Shown: positions 1 to 8,563, counted from the stretch's first letter. The stretch: 64,000 bases of DNA from Eubacteriales bacterium (GCA_021372675.1 JAJFTZ010000057.1:22633-86632); one strand, 5' to 3'. Translations and numbers: made by a program. Notes: generated by a model not told the origin, from the sequence alone.

Positions 1-1
1 G

Positions 2-1099
2 GGCAAAACGCCCGTATTTAAAGATATTTCCCTCGCGCCGGGCGAGGCGTACGAATTCCCCTATACGTTTGAAATGGGCTATGAAACGCTCAAGAGCGCC
101 CCGGTCGTGACCTACACGCCCGAAGGCCAAAGCGCGCCGCAAACCTCCGAAGCCATCGCCGTTCTTCAGATCGGCATGGTCAACACCAAGCTCTCCATCG
201 AGGTGGAGCAGGGGGCGGGCAGCGCCGAGGGCGTCACGTTCATCCTGCGCATCACAAACACCGGCAACCAGAAGCTTCGCGGCATCAAGGTAAAGGACGA
301 GCTCAACAACTCGGTGAGCGGCGAGAGCTTCCAGCTCGCCGTGGGCGAGGGCAGGCAGATTACCTACAAGGTGCAGACCGAGGAGGAACGCTACGTTTCC
401 TTCAGCGTCAGCGCCACGACCGATTCCGGGCAGAGCTACGAGGATAAGACCAAAAGCTACATCGTGCGCAAATTCATCGACCCGTCCCTTTTAGGCGTGG
501 AGTTCAAGGCCGAGGTCCTCGAAACGCTCAACGCCGCGGGCAGCATCAAGGTGAAGTTCACGTTTACCAACACGGGCGAGCTCGAGATGAAGGATCTCGT
601 GCTCAGCGAACAGACCGCCGGGCCGCTCTACCAGCTCGAAGCCTTCCCCAAGGGCGAAAAGGCCACCGAGCAGACCATCTACGTGGGCGAGCCGCGCGAC
701 CTCATTTTTACCCTCAGCCTTGCCGACCCTGCCGGTACGCCCTATTCCTACACCGCCAACATCGGCGCGTCCTTTTTGGGCGACGGCTTCCTCGCCACCG
801 GCGTAACGCCCGAGCCCGTTGAGGAACCCGCGGAGGCTTTGGGGGAATCCATCGGCAGCTCCGTGCGCACCGCGCTTAAGACCGCCCTTATCGTGCTGGG
901 TGCACTGACCCTCGCGGCAGGCGTCGCGCTCATCGTGCTGTCGGTACTCGAGCGCAAGGAACGCGAGCGCATCGCGCGCGCCAAGCGCAGGCGCGAACGG
1001 CTTTTGCGCGAGCAGCAGGCGAGCGCGGGCTCCTTCCGCGGCGACGTTGAAAACACGCAGGTGAACAGGCGTCCCCCCGCCGACCCCGATTTAAGGTAG
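2..1099 (+). CDS. Membrane-anchored surface protein with CARDB/DUF11-like repeats (5' end lies off-window)
   Basis: The frame of ORF 74..1099 stays open back to nt 2. A beta-sandwich-type signature is repeated (ITNTGNQKLRGIKVKDE / FTNTGELEMKDLVLSE). The C-terminal hydrophobic helix LIVLGALTLAAGVALIVLSVL is followed by an RKERERIARAKRRRER tail. Confidence 0.5.
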   Translation, partial: GKTPVFKDISLAPGEAYEFPYTFEMGYETLKSAPVVTYTPEGQSAPQTSEAIAVLQIGMVNTKLSIEVEQGAGSAEGVTFILRITNTGNQKLRGIKVKDELNNSVSGESFQLAVGEGRQITYKVQTEEERYVSFSVSATTDSGQSYEDKTKSYIVRKFIDPSLLGVEFKAEVLETLNAAGSIKVKFTFTNTGELEMKDLVLSEQTAGPLYQLEAFPKGEKATEQTIYVGEPRDLIFTLSLADPAGTPYSYTANIGASFLGDGFLATGVTPEPVEEPAEALGESIGSSVRTALKTALIVLGALTLAAGVALIVLSVLERKERERIARAKRRRERLLREQQASAGSFRGDVENTQVNRRPPADPDLR

Positions 1100-1130
1100 G
1101 CGTTATTTCCCCGAAATAGAGTGAGGCTAT

Positions 1131-1170
1131 AAAAAAGGGCTTCGCCGCTTTTGCGCCGAAGCTCTTTTAT
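1131..1170. terminator. Bidirectional intrinsic terminator between convergent genes
   Basis: A-run, then AGGGCTTCG...CGAAGCTCT hairpin, then T-run. Confidence 0.6.
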
Positions 1171-1185
1171 TACGATTCTTTTTCC

Positions 1186-2100
1186 TTACTCCCAGAGCCT
1201 TTCGCTGTACAGCCCCTTCGCCTTGAGCGCCTTAAGCGCGGCGATGGTATCCGGCTTATCCTCCTTGTAGGTGACGCCAAACCACCTGTCGGGGGTTGTC
1301 AGCACCTTTACGGTGGTTTTGCCGTCGCCGAGCGCGTAGCGCACGGCGTTGGGCAGAAGGTCCTCGTATTTGAGGGGGTTAGAACGCACGCCCGCCTCGA
1401 AGTTAGCGCAAAAACCCGACTCCAGCCGGTCGAAGATGCCGCCCATAAAGCCCCAGCAGTTCATAGAGACCACGGTGCCCTTAGGTACGGGCGTGAAGTG
1501 CTCGCCATCCAGGGTGAAGGAGGCGCAGTCGTCCGTTTTTACAACCTTGGTGCGCTCGACGATATCGGTCAGATAGCCCTTTTCGTTCACGAGGCAGATG
1601 CCGCGCGCGACGGAACCGAATTCCGTAAGCGTGTTTTCGATGTTGTACCCAACCATGGCGTGCGCGTCCGGGCTGCCGCCGCGGGAAAGGAAGCGGTAGA
1701 GCTCCGCAAACGCGTGCGGGCCGTAATAGTCGTCCGCATTGATGATGGCAAACGGGCGGCCGCCCACGGCTTCGCGCGCGCAGAGCACCGCGTGCGTGGT
1801 GCCCCACGGCTTTTCCCGCCCCTCGGGAACGGAGAAACCGCCGGGCAGCATGTTAAGCTCCTGATAGGCGTAGCGCACGTTCATGCGCTTTTCCATGCGG
1901 CTGCCGATGCGCTCCTTAAAATCCCGATCTATCTCCTTTTTGATGATGAATACGACGTCCTCGAAGCCCGCCCTTTTGGCGTCGTAGATATCGAAATCAA
2001 TGATGTTGTTGCCATGCTCGTCCATGGGGTCGATCTGCTTGAGGCCGCCGTAACGGCTTCCCATACCCGCCGCCAGGATCGCTAACACAGGCTTTTGCAT
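1186..2100 (-). CDS. Sugar-phosphate nucleotidyltransferase family protein
   Basis: N-terminal LAAGMGSRYGGLKQ (G-x-G-[ST]-R nucleotide-binding signature). Single uninterrupted 304-aa ORF. Confidence 0.65.
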   Translation of the reverse strand: MQKPVLAILAAGMGSRYGGLKQIDPMDEHGNNIIDFDIYDAKRAGFEDVVFIIKKEIDRDFKERIGSRMEKRMNVRYAYQELNMLPGGFSVPEGREKPWGTTHAVLCAREAVGGRPFAIINADDYYGPHAFAELYRFLSRGGSPDAHAMVGYNIENTLTEFGSVARGICLVNEKGYLTDIVERTKVVKTDDCASFTLDGEHFTPVPKGTVVSMNCWGFMGGIFDRLESGFCANFEAGVRSNPLKYEDLLPNAVRYALGDGKTTVKVLTTPDRWFGVTYKEDKPDTIAALKALKAKGLYSERLWE

Positions 2101-2145
2101 TGTGCTTCCCTCCGAAATATCTCTAATACCTTAGTATACCATTTT

Positions 2146-3123
2146 TTACGCGAAGCAGCACGCCTCAAGGATGCGCAGGAAGTTTTTATGCGTGAGCTTT
2201 TCCATCTGCCGGGGCGTAAAATGCTTTTCAAAAAGCCCCAAAATGGCGCCGAAGCCCTCGCAGCCTCCAAATTCGAGCGCGCAGCTGATGCCGTCGAAAT
2301 CGGAGCCGAAGCCGAGCGCATCCTCACCCGCCACGTTCACGATATGCTTGGCGTGTGTTAAAAGCGCCGAAGCGGTGGATACCTTTTCCTCGCTTAAAAA
2401 ATACGAGGCGAAGTTAAGGCCCGTCATGCCGCCACAGTCGGCGAGGCGCCTGAGCATATCGTCGGTGAGGTTTCGCGGCGCGCCGTACACCGCGCGGGCG
2501 TTGGAGTGGGAGGCCACAAACGGTTTTTTGCAAGCCCTCGCCACGTCGTAAAAGCCCGCGTCCGAAAGGTGCGATACGTCCACGATAACGCCCAGCTCGT
2601 TCATGCGTTCCACAGCCTCGAACCCGAAAGGCTTAAGCCCGCGTTCGGTGTCCGGCGCGTCGGGGAGGTTTGGGTAACCGAGGGAATTTTCCGTATTCCA
2701 CGTAAGGGTAACGAGCCGCACGCCCTTTTCGTAAATCTCGTCCACGCGCTCGAGCTTCCCATCGAGCAGCATGCCGTCCTCGATGGTCAAAACGGCGGAA
2801 AGAAGCCCTTGCGCGTCGTTTTCCATCACCTCCGCGAGGTTTCGCGCACGGCGTACGATATCTTTATTTTCTTCCAGTTCCCCGAGGTAGCGCGCATAGG
2901 CCGCCTGAAAAAAGTCGTAGGGGGAAAGCCCCTTGCGCTCCTTTAGGCTGTTTTCGCCGCTCGGGATAAAAAGCGCGAAGCACTGCACGAGCGAGCCCGC
3001 CGCCTTCAAGCGTTCAAGGTCGAGGTGCCCGTCGTTTTTGCGGAGGCACGCCGGGTCCTTTCTATAAACCATATGGTGTACGATCGTATCGCAGTGCATG
3101 TCGGCGATCCTGTAAGGCTGCAT
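2146..3123 (-). CDS. Membrane dipeptidase, peptidase family M19
   Basis: DMHCDT start motif plus VSHLSD, ASHSNARA and GSDFDG motifs typical of renal-dipeptidase-type enzymes. Start placed at ATG 3123 behind AAGGAG; the ORF-track start at 3183 has no RBS. Confidence 0.8.
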   Translation of the reverse strand: MQPYRIADMHCDTIVHHMVYRKDPACLRKNDGHLDLERLKAAGSLVQCFALFIPSGENSLKERKGLSPYDFFQAAYARYLGELEENKDIVRRARNLAEVMENDAQGLLSAVLTIEDGMLLDGKLERVDEIYEKGVRLVTLTWNTENSLGYPNLPDAPDTERGLKPFGFEAVERMNELGVIVDVSHLSDAGFYDVARACKKPFVASHSNARAVYGAPRNLTDDMLRRLADCGGMTGLNFASYFLSEEKVSTASALLTHAKHIVNVAGEDALGFGSDFDGISCALEFGGCEGFGAILGLFEKHFTPRQMEKLTHKNFLRILEACCFA

Positions 3124-3343
3124 CTTTTTCTCCTTTATAGGCGGGGTGCTTTTGCACCTTCCGCCCCGTATAGGATACACCATGCGCGGCGCGCTGAAAA
3201 CCCCGGCCTAAAAAACGCGCCCTCGTCAGCGCCGGCCGGATTTGAGGAAGTCGCTCTTGGACTCCCGTTTGCATATGATATGACAAAGGGGGGCTGTTCC
3301 GATTATGTACGAATCACAGGATAAAACAAAAGGGGGGACACCC

Positions 3344-3841
3344 ATGTTTGAAGCGCAGGACATCACGCGCCGCGTCGCGCGCGTGCTGCTCGACCGCCCT
3401 GCCGCTTACGCGGCCATAAAGGGAAGCGCGCCTTATTCCTCCGTGCGCGGCATGGTCTATTTTTATCAGACGCGGGGCGACGTGGTGGTCGCCGCCGAGG
3501 TGAGCGGGCTGCCGCACTTGGGGGGCCCCTGCATGAACGGCATTTTCGCGTTTCATATACATGAGGGGGGGAGCTGCCTCGGCGGCCGTGAGGACCGCTA
3601 CGCCGGTGCCGGCGGGCATTTCAATCCCCGCAAATGCCCGCACCCCTATCACGCGGGCGACATGCCGCCGCTTTTCGAAAACGACGGCAGCGCCTTTCTC
3701 GCTTTCATCACCGACCGTTTCACGGTGTGCGAGGTCATCGGCCGGTCGGTCATCATCCACGCGGGCGTGGACGATTTCACCTCGCAGCCCGCGGGCAACT
3801 CCGGAAAAAGGATCGCGTGCGGAACGATCATGGCGATGTAG
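3344..3841 (+). CDS. sodC: Cu/Zn superoxide dismutase family protein, no signal peptide
   Basis: Full ligand set: FHIHEGGSC, GGHFNP, HPYHAGDMPPL, VIIHAGVDD, RIACGTI. ATG 3344 follows a G-rich RBS. Confidence 0.8.
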   Translation: MFEAQDITRRVARVLLDRPAAYAAIKGSAPYSSVRGMVYFYQTRGDVVVAAEVSGLPHLGGPCMNGIFAFHIHEGGSCLGGREDRYAGAGGHFNPRKCPHPYHAGDMPPLFENDGSAFLAFITDRFTVCEVIGRSVIIHAGVDDFTSQPAGNSGKRIACGTIMAM

Positions 3842-3879
3842 TTTCACGCAACCGGCCCGCGGACCGCATGCGTGAAATC

Positions 3880-3904
3880 AAAAAAGTGGCAAAGCCACTT
3901 TTTT
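3880..3904. terminator. Bidirectional intrinsic terminator
   Basis: AAAAAAGTGGC-AAA-GCCACTTTTTT. Confidence 0.75.
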
Positions 3905-3912
3905 GAGGTTTA

Positions 3913-4098
3913 CGGGAAGTACCTGCGAGATCTCGCGGCCGGTACTTCCCGCAGGGAACGAAATCCTACGGATTTCATCCGTTTCGGCACGCAAGGCCGC
4001 AGGCCTTGGCCCGAAGGGCTCCGGCCTCGCCGGACGCGTACATGCCGCCGAAGCCGGAAAAAAGCCGCCGGGGGCATCGGCCCCCGAACCCCCTTAGG
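3913..4098 (+). repeat. Rep-A copy 1: ~186-bp GC-hairpin mosaic element
   Basis: Long hairpin CGGGAAGTACC...GGTACTTCCCG, then a 140-bp core about 88% identical by eye to the reverse complement of 10201-10340. Confidence 0.8.
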
Positions 4099-4134
4099 AA
4101 ACGGTCTTGACCATTTCCAACGTTTTGATATCTC

Positions 4135-5304
4135 CTACTCCCAGGGATATGAAAAGCTATACTCCTCGTTTTCCGGATTCACATAGTATTTTTCGAGCTC
4201 CGTTCCCGGCGTATCGTAATAGCGCCGGTCGTCCGTATAGGGCGAATAGCTGATGAGCCGGAGCTCTTTTTTTATGTCGTCGAACTGCAAAAGCTGCAAA
4301 TAGCCGCTGCCGCCCAGCTCGCCCGCCGCCTGATAGTTTTGTATGAGCTCGTACGCGCGGCGGTCGGTCGCACCGTCGCCGTCGTCGTCGAATTCCACGC
4401 TCTTATGGCCCACCGTGTAGCGGTGCCCGCACATTACGAGGTACACATTGGGGTTCTTCTTCACCACTTTTTTAAGCAGGGTAGCCCCGGCGTCACTATA
4501 GGTCATATCGGTCTTGAAATAATCGTGCACGCAGAGCACGCCGATGCGATCGCGGTGCTCCTTGAAAACGCGGTTGAGCCACGCGACGGCGCCGGAATCC
4601 GGCGCGTAACCCATGTAAGCGAATACGTAGCGGTTCGCGCCGATATCTACTAGGTCGTAATGCCCGCGGTTATCCTTGTACGAGCCGCCGTAGTAAGCGT
4701 CGCTCCCGGGCCTTTTTTCCATGGCCTTTTCGCCGAAACAGCTCGAAAAAACGGAAAAATCCTGCTCGCTCGTGCCCACGTCGTGGTTGCCGCCAAGCAC
4801 CCCGTAGGGGATGCCCTCTAGGCTCTCCATGGCCCGCATGGCGTTTTCCCACTGCGCGGCGTCATCGCGGTCGTCCACAAAATCGCCGGTATGCACAACG
4901 TAAAGGAGGTTCATTTTCTCCCGTTCGTCGCGCAAAAACCGCGTCATCGCCTCGAAAATCTCCGGCGCCTTGTAGGCGTAATGCTGCGTATCGGAAAGCC
5001 ACGCCACGGTAAAAACGCCTTCGCTCAAGTTAAAAAGCGGGTTCGGCGTGGGCGTTGGCGCAGGGGGCGCGTCAGGCGTCGGCACGGGCGTGGGCGGAGG
5101 AAGCGCCTCCACAAAAAACGTAGGCGTAGGCAAAGCGGGCGTAGGCATAGGCGCGCGATTGCGCCCCGACAGAAGCCATACGGCCAAAAGGGCGCATGCG
5201 GCGGCCGCGCACGCTATAAAAGCAATGCGCCCGCGGCGCCGCGGGGCGCGGCGGGCTTTCGGGTTCCTTCTCATAATTGAAATTTTAAGTTCGTCCCTCC
5301 GCAT
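4135..5304 (-). CDS. Membrane-anchored metallophosphoesterase
   Basis: N-terminal TM segment (IAFIACAAAACALLAVWLL) and a Pro-rich linker. GDFVDD, GGNHD and CGHRYT phosphoesterase motifs. Start is ambiguous (5304 or 5274). Confidence 0.7.
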   Translation of the reverse strand: MRRDELKISIMRRNPKARRAPRRRGRIAFIACAAAACALLAVWLLSGRNRAPMPTPALPTPTFFVEALPPPTPVPTPDAPPAPTPTPNPLFNLSEGVFTVAWLSDTQHYAYKAPEIFEAMTRFLRDEREKMNLLYVVHTGDFVDDRDDAAQWENAMRAMESLEGIPYGVLGGNHDVGTSEQDFSVFSSCFGEKAMEKRPGSDAYYGGSYKDNRGHYDLVDIGANRYVFAYMGYAPDSGAVAWLNRVFKEHRDRIGVLCVHDYFKTDMTYSDAGATLLKKVVKKNPNVYLVMCGHRYTVGHKSVEFDDDGDGATDRRAYELIQNYQAAGELGGSGYLQLLQFDDIKKELRLISYSPYTDDRRYYDTPGTELEKYYVNPENEEYSFSYPWE

Positions 5305-5330
5305 TTGTCAACTGCGCTACGGCGCCACGG

Positions 5331-5359
5331 TTGACAAGTACGCATAAAAGCGTTATCCT
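5331..5359 (+). promoter_or_regulatory. Promoter of the small-ORF unit
   Basis: TTGACA, a 17-nt spacer, then TATCCT. Confidence 0.5.
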
Positions 5360-5393
5360 TTCTTTTGTAAATATTCTTAAGGAGGTGAAAGTT

Positions 5394-5537
5394 TTGGTTT
5401 CGCGCATGCTTGGGTTTGACGGTCCGATGACGGTCTATGCGGAAAACATCAAGGGCAGATCGTCCATTTCCGCGTTCCAAGGGAGAAGTCTGCCCAAAAA
5501 TGCCGTTTTCAAGCTTTTCCTCCGCGCATCGGCCTAA
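5394..5537 (+). CDS. Hypothetical small protein (47 aa) in a self-contained promoter-RBS-ORF-terminator unit
   Basis: AAGGAGG (5379-5385) lies 8 nt before TTG 5394. A TTGACA-17-TATCCT promoter is upstream and a hairpin plus T-run at 5570-5598 downstream. I recognise no homolog. Confidence 0.3.
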   Translation: MVSRMLGFDGPMTVYAENIKGRSSISAFQGRSLPKNAVFKLFLRASA

Positions 5538-5569
5538 AAAAAGGCCCACGCGCGCTGTGCCGCATGCAC

Positions 5570-5598
5570 CGGAGAGCCAAACGGCCCTCCGTTTTTTT
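5570..5598 (+). terminator. Intrinsic terminator after the small ORF
   Basis: CGGAGAGCC-AAAC-GGCCCTCCG followed by TTTTTTT. Confidence 0.6.
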
Positions 5599-5607
5599 AT
5601 GCGCTTT

Positions 5608-5883
5608 AGGGTAAAGGACTTTGAACCCCTGCGCCGCAAAGCTGCGATTTTGGCGCACTGCTTCGTCATCGTCCGTCACCGTAGCCCCGCTACGGCTCCC
5701 TCCTCTTCCTTGCATTGCATCCAAACTGGCAGCTTTGCGGTCAAGGAGTTTAGAGGGTCGGAAAGTGCGGCAGTACAAGACAGAGGCATGAAGGCGTAGT
5801 GGATCTACGGCGAGTGCCGATAACACGGTAATGGCGTGCTTTCCGCCCCCCCTAAACCACAGGGGTTCGGAGCCCTTTACCCT
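5608..5883. repeat. Rep-B copy 1: inverted-repeat element with tRNA-like termini (276 bp, internal insertion)
   Basis: Termini AGGGTAAAGGACTTTGAACCCCTG / CACAGGGGTTCGGAGCCCTTTACCCT. Subterminal blocks are shared with 18198-18357. Confidence 0.8.
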
Positions 5884-5895
5884 TAGGAGATTTTT

Positions 5896-6678
5896 ATGCA
5901 CCATGGATTGCGACCCTATTTTGCCACCGCGCGCATGAGCGCGCTCGAGCAAAGCTATTTCGGCTTAGGCGAGGTGATCGGCGGCTACGCCCTGCGCGCG
6001 CTCCGCCTGCTCGTGCTCTTAACGCTTTGGAAGGCGCTGTTTTCCCAAGGCGCGGATACGGGAGGTATGGAGCTCCCCATGCTCTTAAGCTACACCGCCG
6101 CGGGCGCTGCGTTTAGCGACCTGATCGACGTGCGCACGCCCGCCTCGGCTTGGATGCACGAGGGGAGCATTTTGAGCCAGTATCTTAGGCCGATGGGCAT
6201 ATTGCCGCAGCTCGCCGCGCATGCCGCGGGGGGTTGGGTCATGCCGTTTTTGCTGTTTTCCGTGCCGGTGCTCGCGGTATGCGGCGCTTTCGGCATACGC
6301 GTGCTGCCGCAAAGCCCGTGGTTCTTTTTGAGCCTCGCGCTTTCCGTTTCCATCGGTTTTGCTATCGACTTTTTGTTTGCCTGCCTCGTGATACGCCTCA
6401 ACAACGCCGCATGGCTGGCGGAGGTCATCCGCCGGGCGGTCACGGCGCTTCTCTCGGGAGCGGTCATCCCCTTCGCGCTTTTGCCCTGGGGCATCGGCGG
6501 CGTGCTTTCGCTAACGCCCTTCGCGAGCGCGGCGGGCGCGGCGCTTTCGTTGTTCGCGGGGCTAGAGCCCGCGCAAAAGCTCATCCCGCTCCAGCTATTT
6601 TGGAATCTCTTGTTATGGCCCGCGGCGCTTTTCCTGTTCCGCCGCAGCCGCGAAAGGATGGTGTCCCATGGCGGTTAA
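5896..6678 (+). CDS. ABC-2-type transporter permease
   Basis: Polytopic hydrophobic 260-aa protein. First gene of a permease-permease-ATPase operon with overlapping junctions. Confidence 0.65.
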   Translation: MHHGLRPYFATARMSALEQSYFGLGEVIGGYALRALRLLVLLTLWKALFSQGADTGGMELPMLLSYTAAGAAFSDLIDVRTPASAWMHEGSILSQYLRPMGILPQLAAHAAGGWVMPFLLFSVPVLAVCGAFGIRVLPQSPWFFLSLALSVSIGFAIDFLFACLVIRLNNAAWLAEVIRRAVTALLSGAVIPFALLPWGIGGVLSLTPFASAAGAALSLFAGLEPAQKLIPLQLFWNLLLWPAALFLFRRSRERMVSHGG

Positions 6679-7531
6679 ACCCGGCGTGCTTGAACGCATA
6701 CGCCGCATCGCCCGGCTTTTTAGGCTCTACGCGCGCATGGACGCGGCGTGGCTGATGCACGATACCAAAAACTGCATTTTTGCCGTCGCGGGCGACCTCA
6801 TATCGAGCCTCGCAAGCATTTCCTCGGTGTTTCTGCTCTCGCGGCGCTTCGCGGGCGTGGGCGCGCTTTCGAGCGACGAAATCCTTTTGATGCTCGGCTA
6901 CGCGACCGCCGTATCGGGCCTGTTTCAGCTTTTCTTCGGCGGCAGCAACACGGGCTACATCTCCCGCCGCGTGGGGCGCGGGCAGCTCGACCACATGCTC
7001 ATACAGCCGCTCTCGCTCTTTACGCAGCTTTTGACGGAGGGGTTTTTGCCTGTTTCCGGCAGCAGCGCGCTTTTAAGCGGCATCGCCGTGACGGCAATCG
7101 CCGCCGCGCGGCTCAAGATCGCCGCGAGCTTTGGGTGGATCGCGCTTCTTTTAGGTTACCTCGTATGCGGCGTGGCGATGATCTTAGGCTATTCCTTCCT
7201 CTTTGGGAGCGCGGCGTTTTACAGGCCCAAGGCGGGGGAGGAGCTTTCCTCCGTCGCCATCGACGCGCTTCTGTCGCTTTCCATTTACCCGCTCTCGGGG
7301 CTTAGCGCCGCCGCGCGCTTTGCGCTTTTGACGGCGCTGCCCGCGGGCACCTTGGCTTGGCTCCCCACCTGTATTTTACTTAACAAGACCGAAAACGGGC
7401 TTTTGCCGCTCCTCCCGGGGCTTATGGCCGCAATCGCGTGCGTTTTCGCCTACATTTTTTTCTCGAAAGGACTGAAGCATTATGGCAAGGTCGGCAGCAC
7501 CCGCTACCGCAGCATGGGACACCGCGGTTGA
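6668..7531 (+). CDS. ABC-2-type transporter permease (second subunit)
   Basis: Polytopic 287-aa protein. Overlaps the upstream permease by 11 nt and the downstream ATPase ORF. Confidence 0.65.
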   Translation: MAVKPGVLERIRRIARLFRLYARMDAAWLMHDTKNCIFAVAGDLISSLASISSVFLLSRRFAGVGALSSDEILLMLGYATAVSGLFQLFFGGSNTGYISRRVGRGQLDHMLIQPLSLFTQLLTEGFLPVSGSSALLSGIAVTAIAAARLKIAASFGWIALLLGYLVCGVAMILGYSFLFGSAAFYRPKAGEELSSVAIDALLSLSIYPLSGLSAAARFALLTALPAGTLAWLPTCILLNKTENGLLPLLPGLMAAIACVFAYIFFSKGLKHYGKVGSTRYRSMGHRG

Positions 7532-8513
7532 GCTAACCGCCGTTTCGAAAACCTTTTACCAGCAGCAGCGTGCGGGGGATCTTCGCGACGCCCTCAAAAA
7601 CTTTTTTCACCCGCGCTCCAAGGAAATACGCGCGCTCGACGCGGTGAGCCTGAACATAAAGCGCGGCGAGTTCGTAGCCTACGCGGGCCCCAACGGCGCT
7701 GGAAAAAGCACCACCATCAAGCTCCTTTGCGGCATGCTCATGCCCGACGCGGGACAGGTGAAAGCAATGGGGCTTTCGCCCGAAAAAAACCGCGCGGCGC
7801 TCATGCGGCGCATGGGGGTGCTGTTCGGCAACCGCACCGAGCTTTGGTGGGATCACCCCATCCTATCGAGCTTCGCGTGGAAGCGCGAGGTGTGGAACAT
7901 ACCGGACGCGACCTATCGGCGCATGCTCGCGGACGTGACGGAACGCCTCGAGATCGGCGGCCTTTTAAATACCTTCGCGCGGGAGCTGAGCCTCGGCCAG
8001 CGGATGCGCTGCGAGCTTGCGCTGATGCTGCTGCACAACCCGGAGCTTATTTTGCTCGACGAGCCGACGCTTGGCCTGGACGTTCTTGCCAAACGGCAGA
8101 TGATCGAGTACCTCCGCACGCTCGGGGAGACCTACGGCACTACGGTGCTCGTGACCTCGCACGACATGGACGACCTTGCCGAAATGGCGCAGCGCGTGAT
8201 TTTGATTTCCAACGGGCGCATCGCGCTCGATTCCACCTTCGACAGGCTCAGGCAGACCAACAGCCTCAAGCGGCTCGTGCGCGCGCGAACCGCCTCCCTA
8301 ACGCCGCCTGCCCTTAAAACGGCGCGCTACGCGGGGAGCGAGGGCACGCTGCACACCTACGCGTTTGAGCCTATGAAAACGCCCGTGCGGGAGGTATTGA
8401 AGGAGCTTTCGGAAATCCCCTCCATCTCCGACGTGGAGCTTGCAGCGGAGCCGCTCGAGGCGGTGATCGCCTCGCTCTACAAAAGCTGGCGGACGGAGCC
8501 GCAGGGATCATAA
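7482..8513 (+). CDS. ABC transporter ATP-binding protein
   Basis: Walker A GPNGAGKST, signature LSLGQRMR, Walker B LILLDEPTLGLD. The exact start is uncertain. Confidence 0.85.
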   Translation: MARSAAPATAAWDTAVELTAVSKTFYQQQRAGDLRDALKNFFHPRSKEIRALDAVSLNIKRGEFVAYAGPNGAGKSTTIKLLCGMLMPDAGQVKAMGLSPEKNRAALMRRMGVLFGNRTELWWDHPILSSFAWKREVWNIPDATYRRMLADVTERLEIGGLLNTFARELSLGQRMRCELALMLLHNPELILLDEPTLGLDVLAKRQMIEYLRTLGETYGTTVLVTSHDMDDLAEMAQRVILISNGRIALDSTFDRLRQTNSLKRLVRARTASLTPPALKTARYAGSEGTLHTYAFEPMKTPVREVLKELSEIPSISDVELAAEPLEAVIASLYKSWRTEPQGS

Positions 8514-8519
8514 AAGCAC

Positions 8520-8553
8520 AGGGCCGCGACGGGATTGAAACGTCGCGGCCCTT
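8520..8553. terminator. Hairpin terminator between ABC ATPase and VanZ genes
   Basis: AGGGCCGCGACG...CGTCGCGGCCCT, a 12-bp stem. Confidence 0.55.
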
Positions 8554-8563
8554 TCAACTTGCG

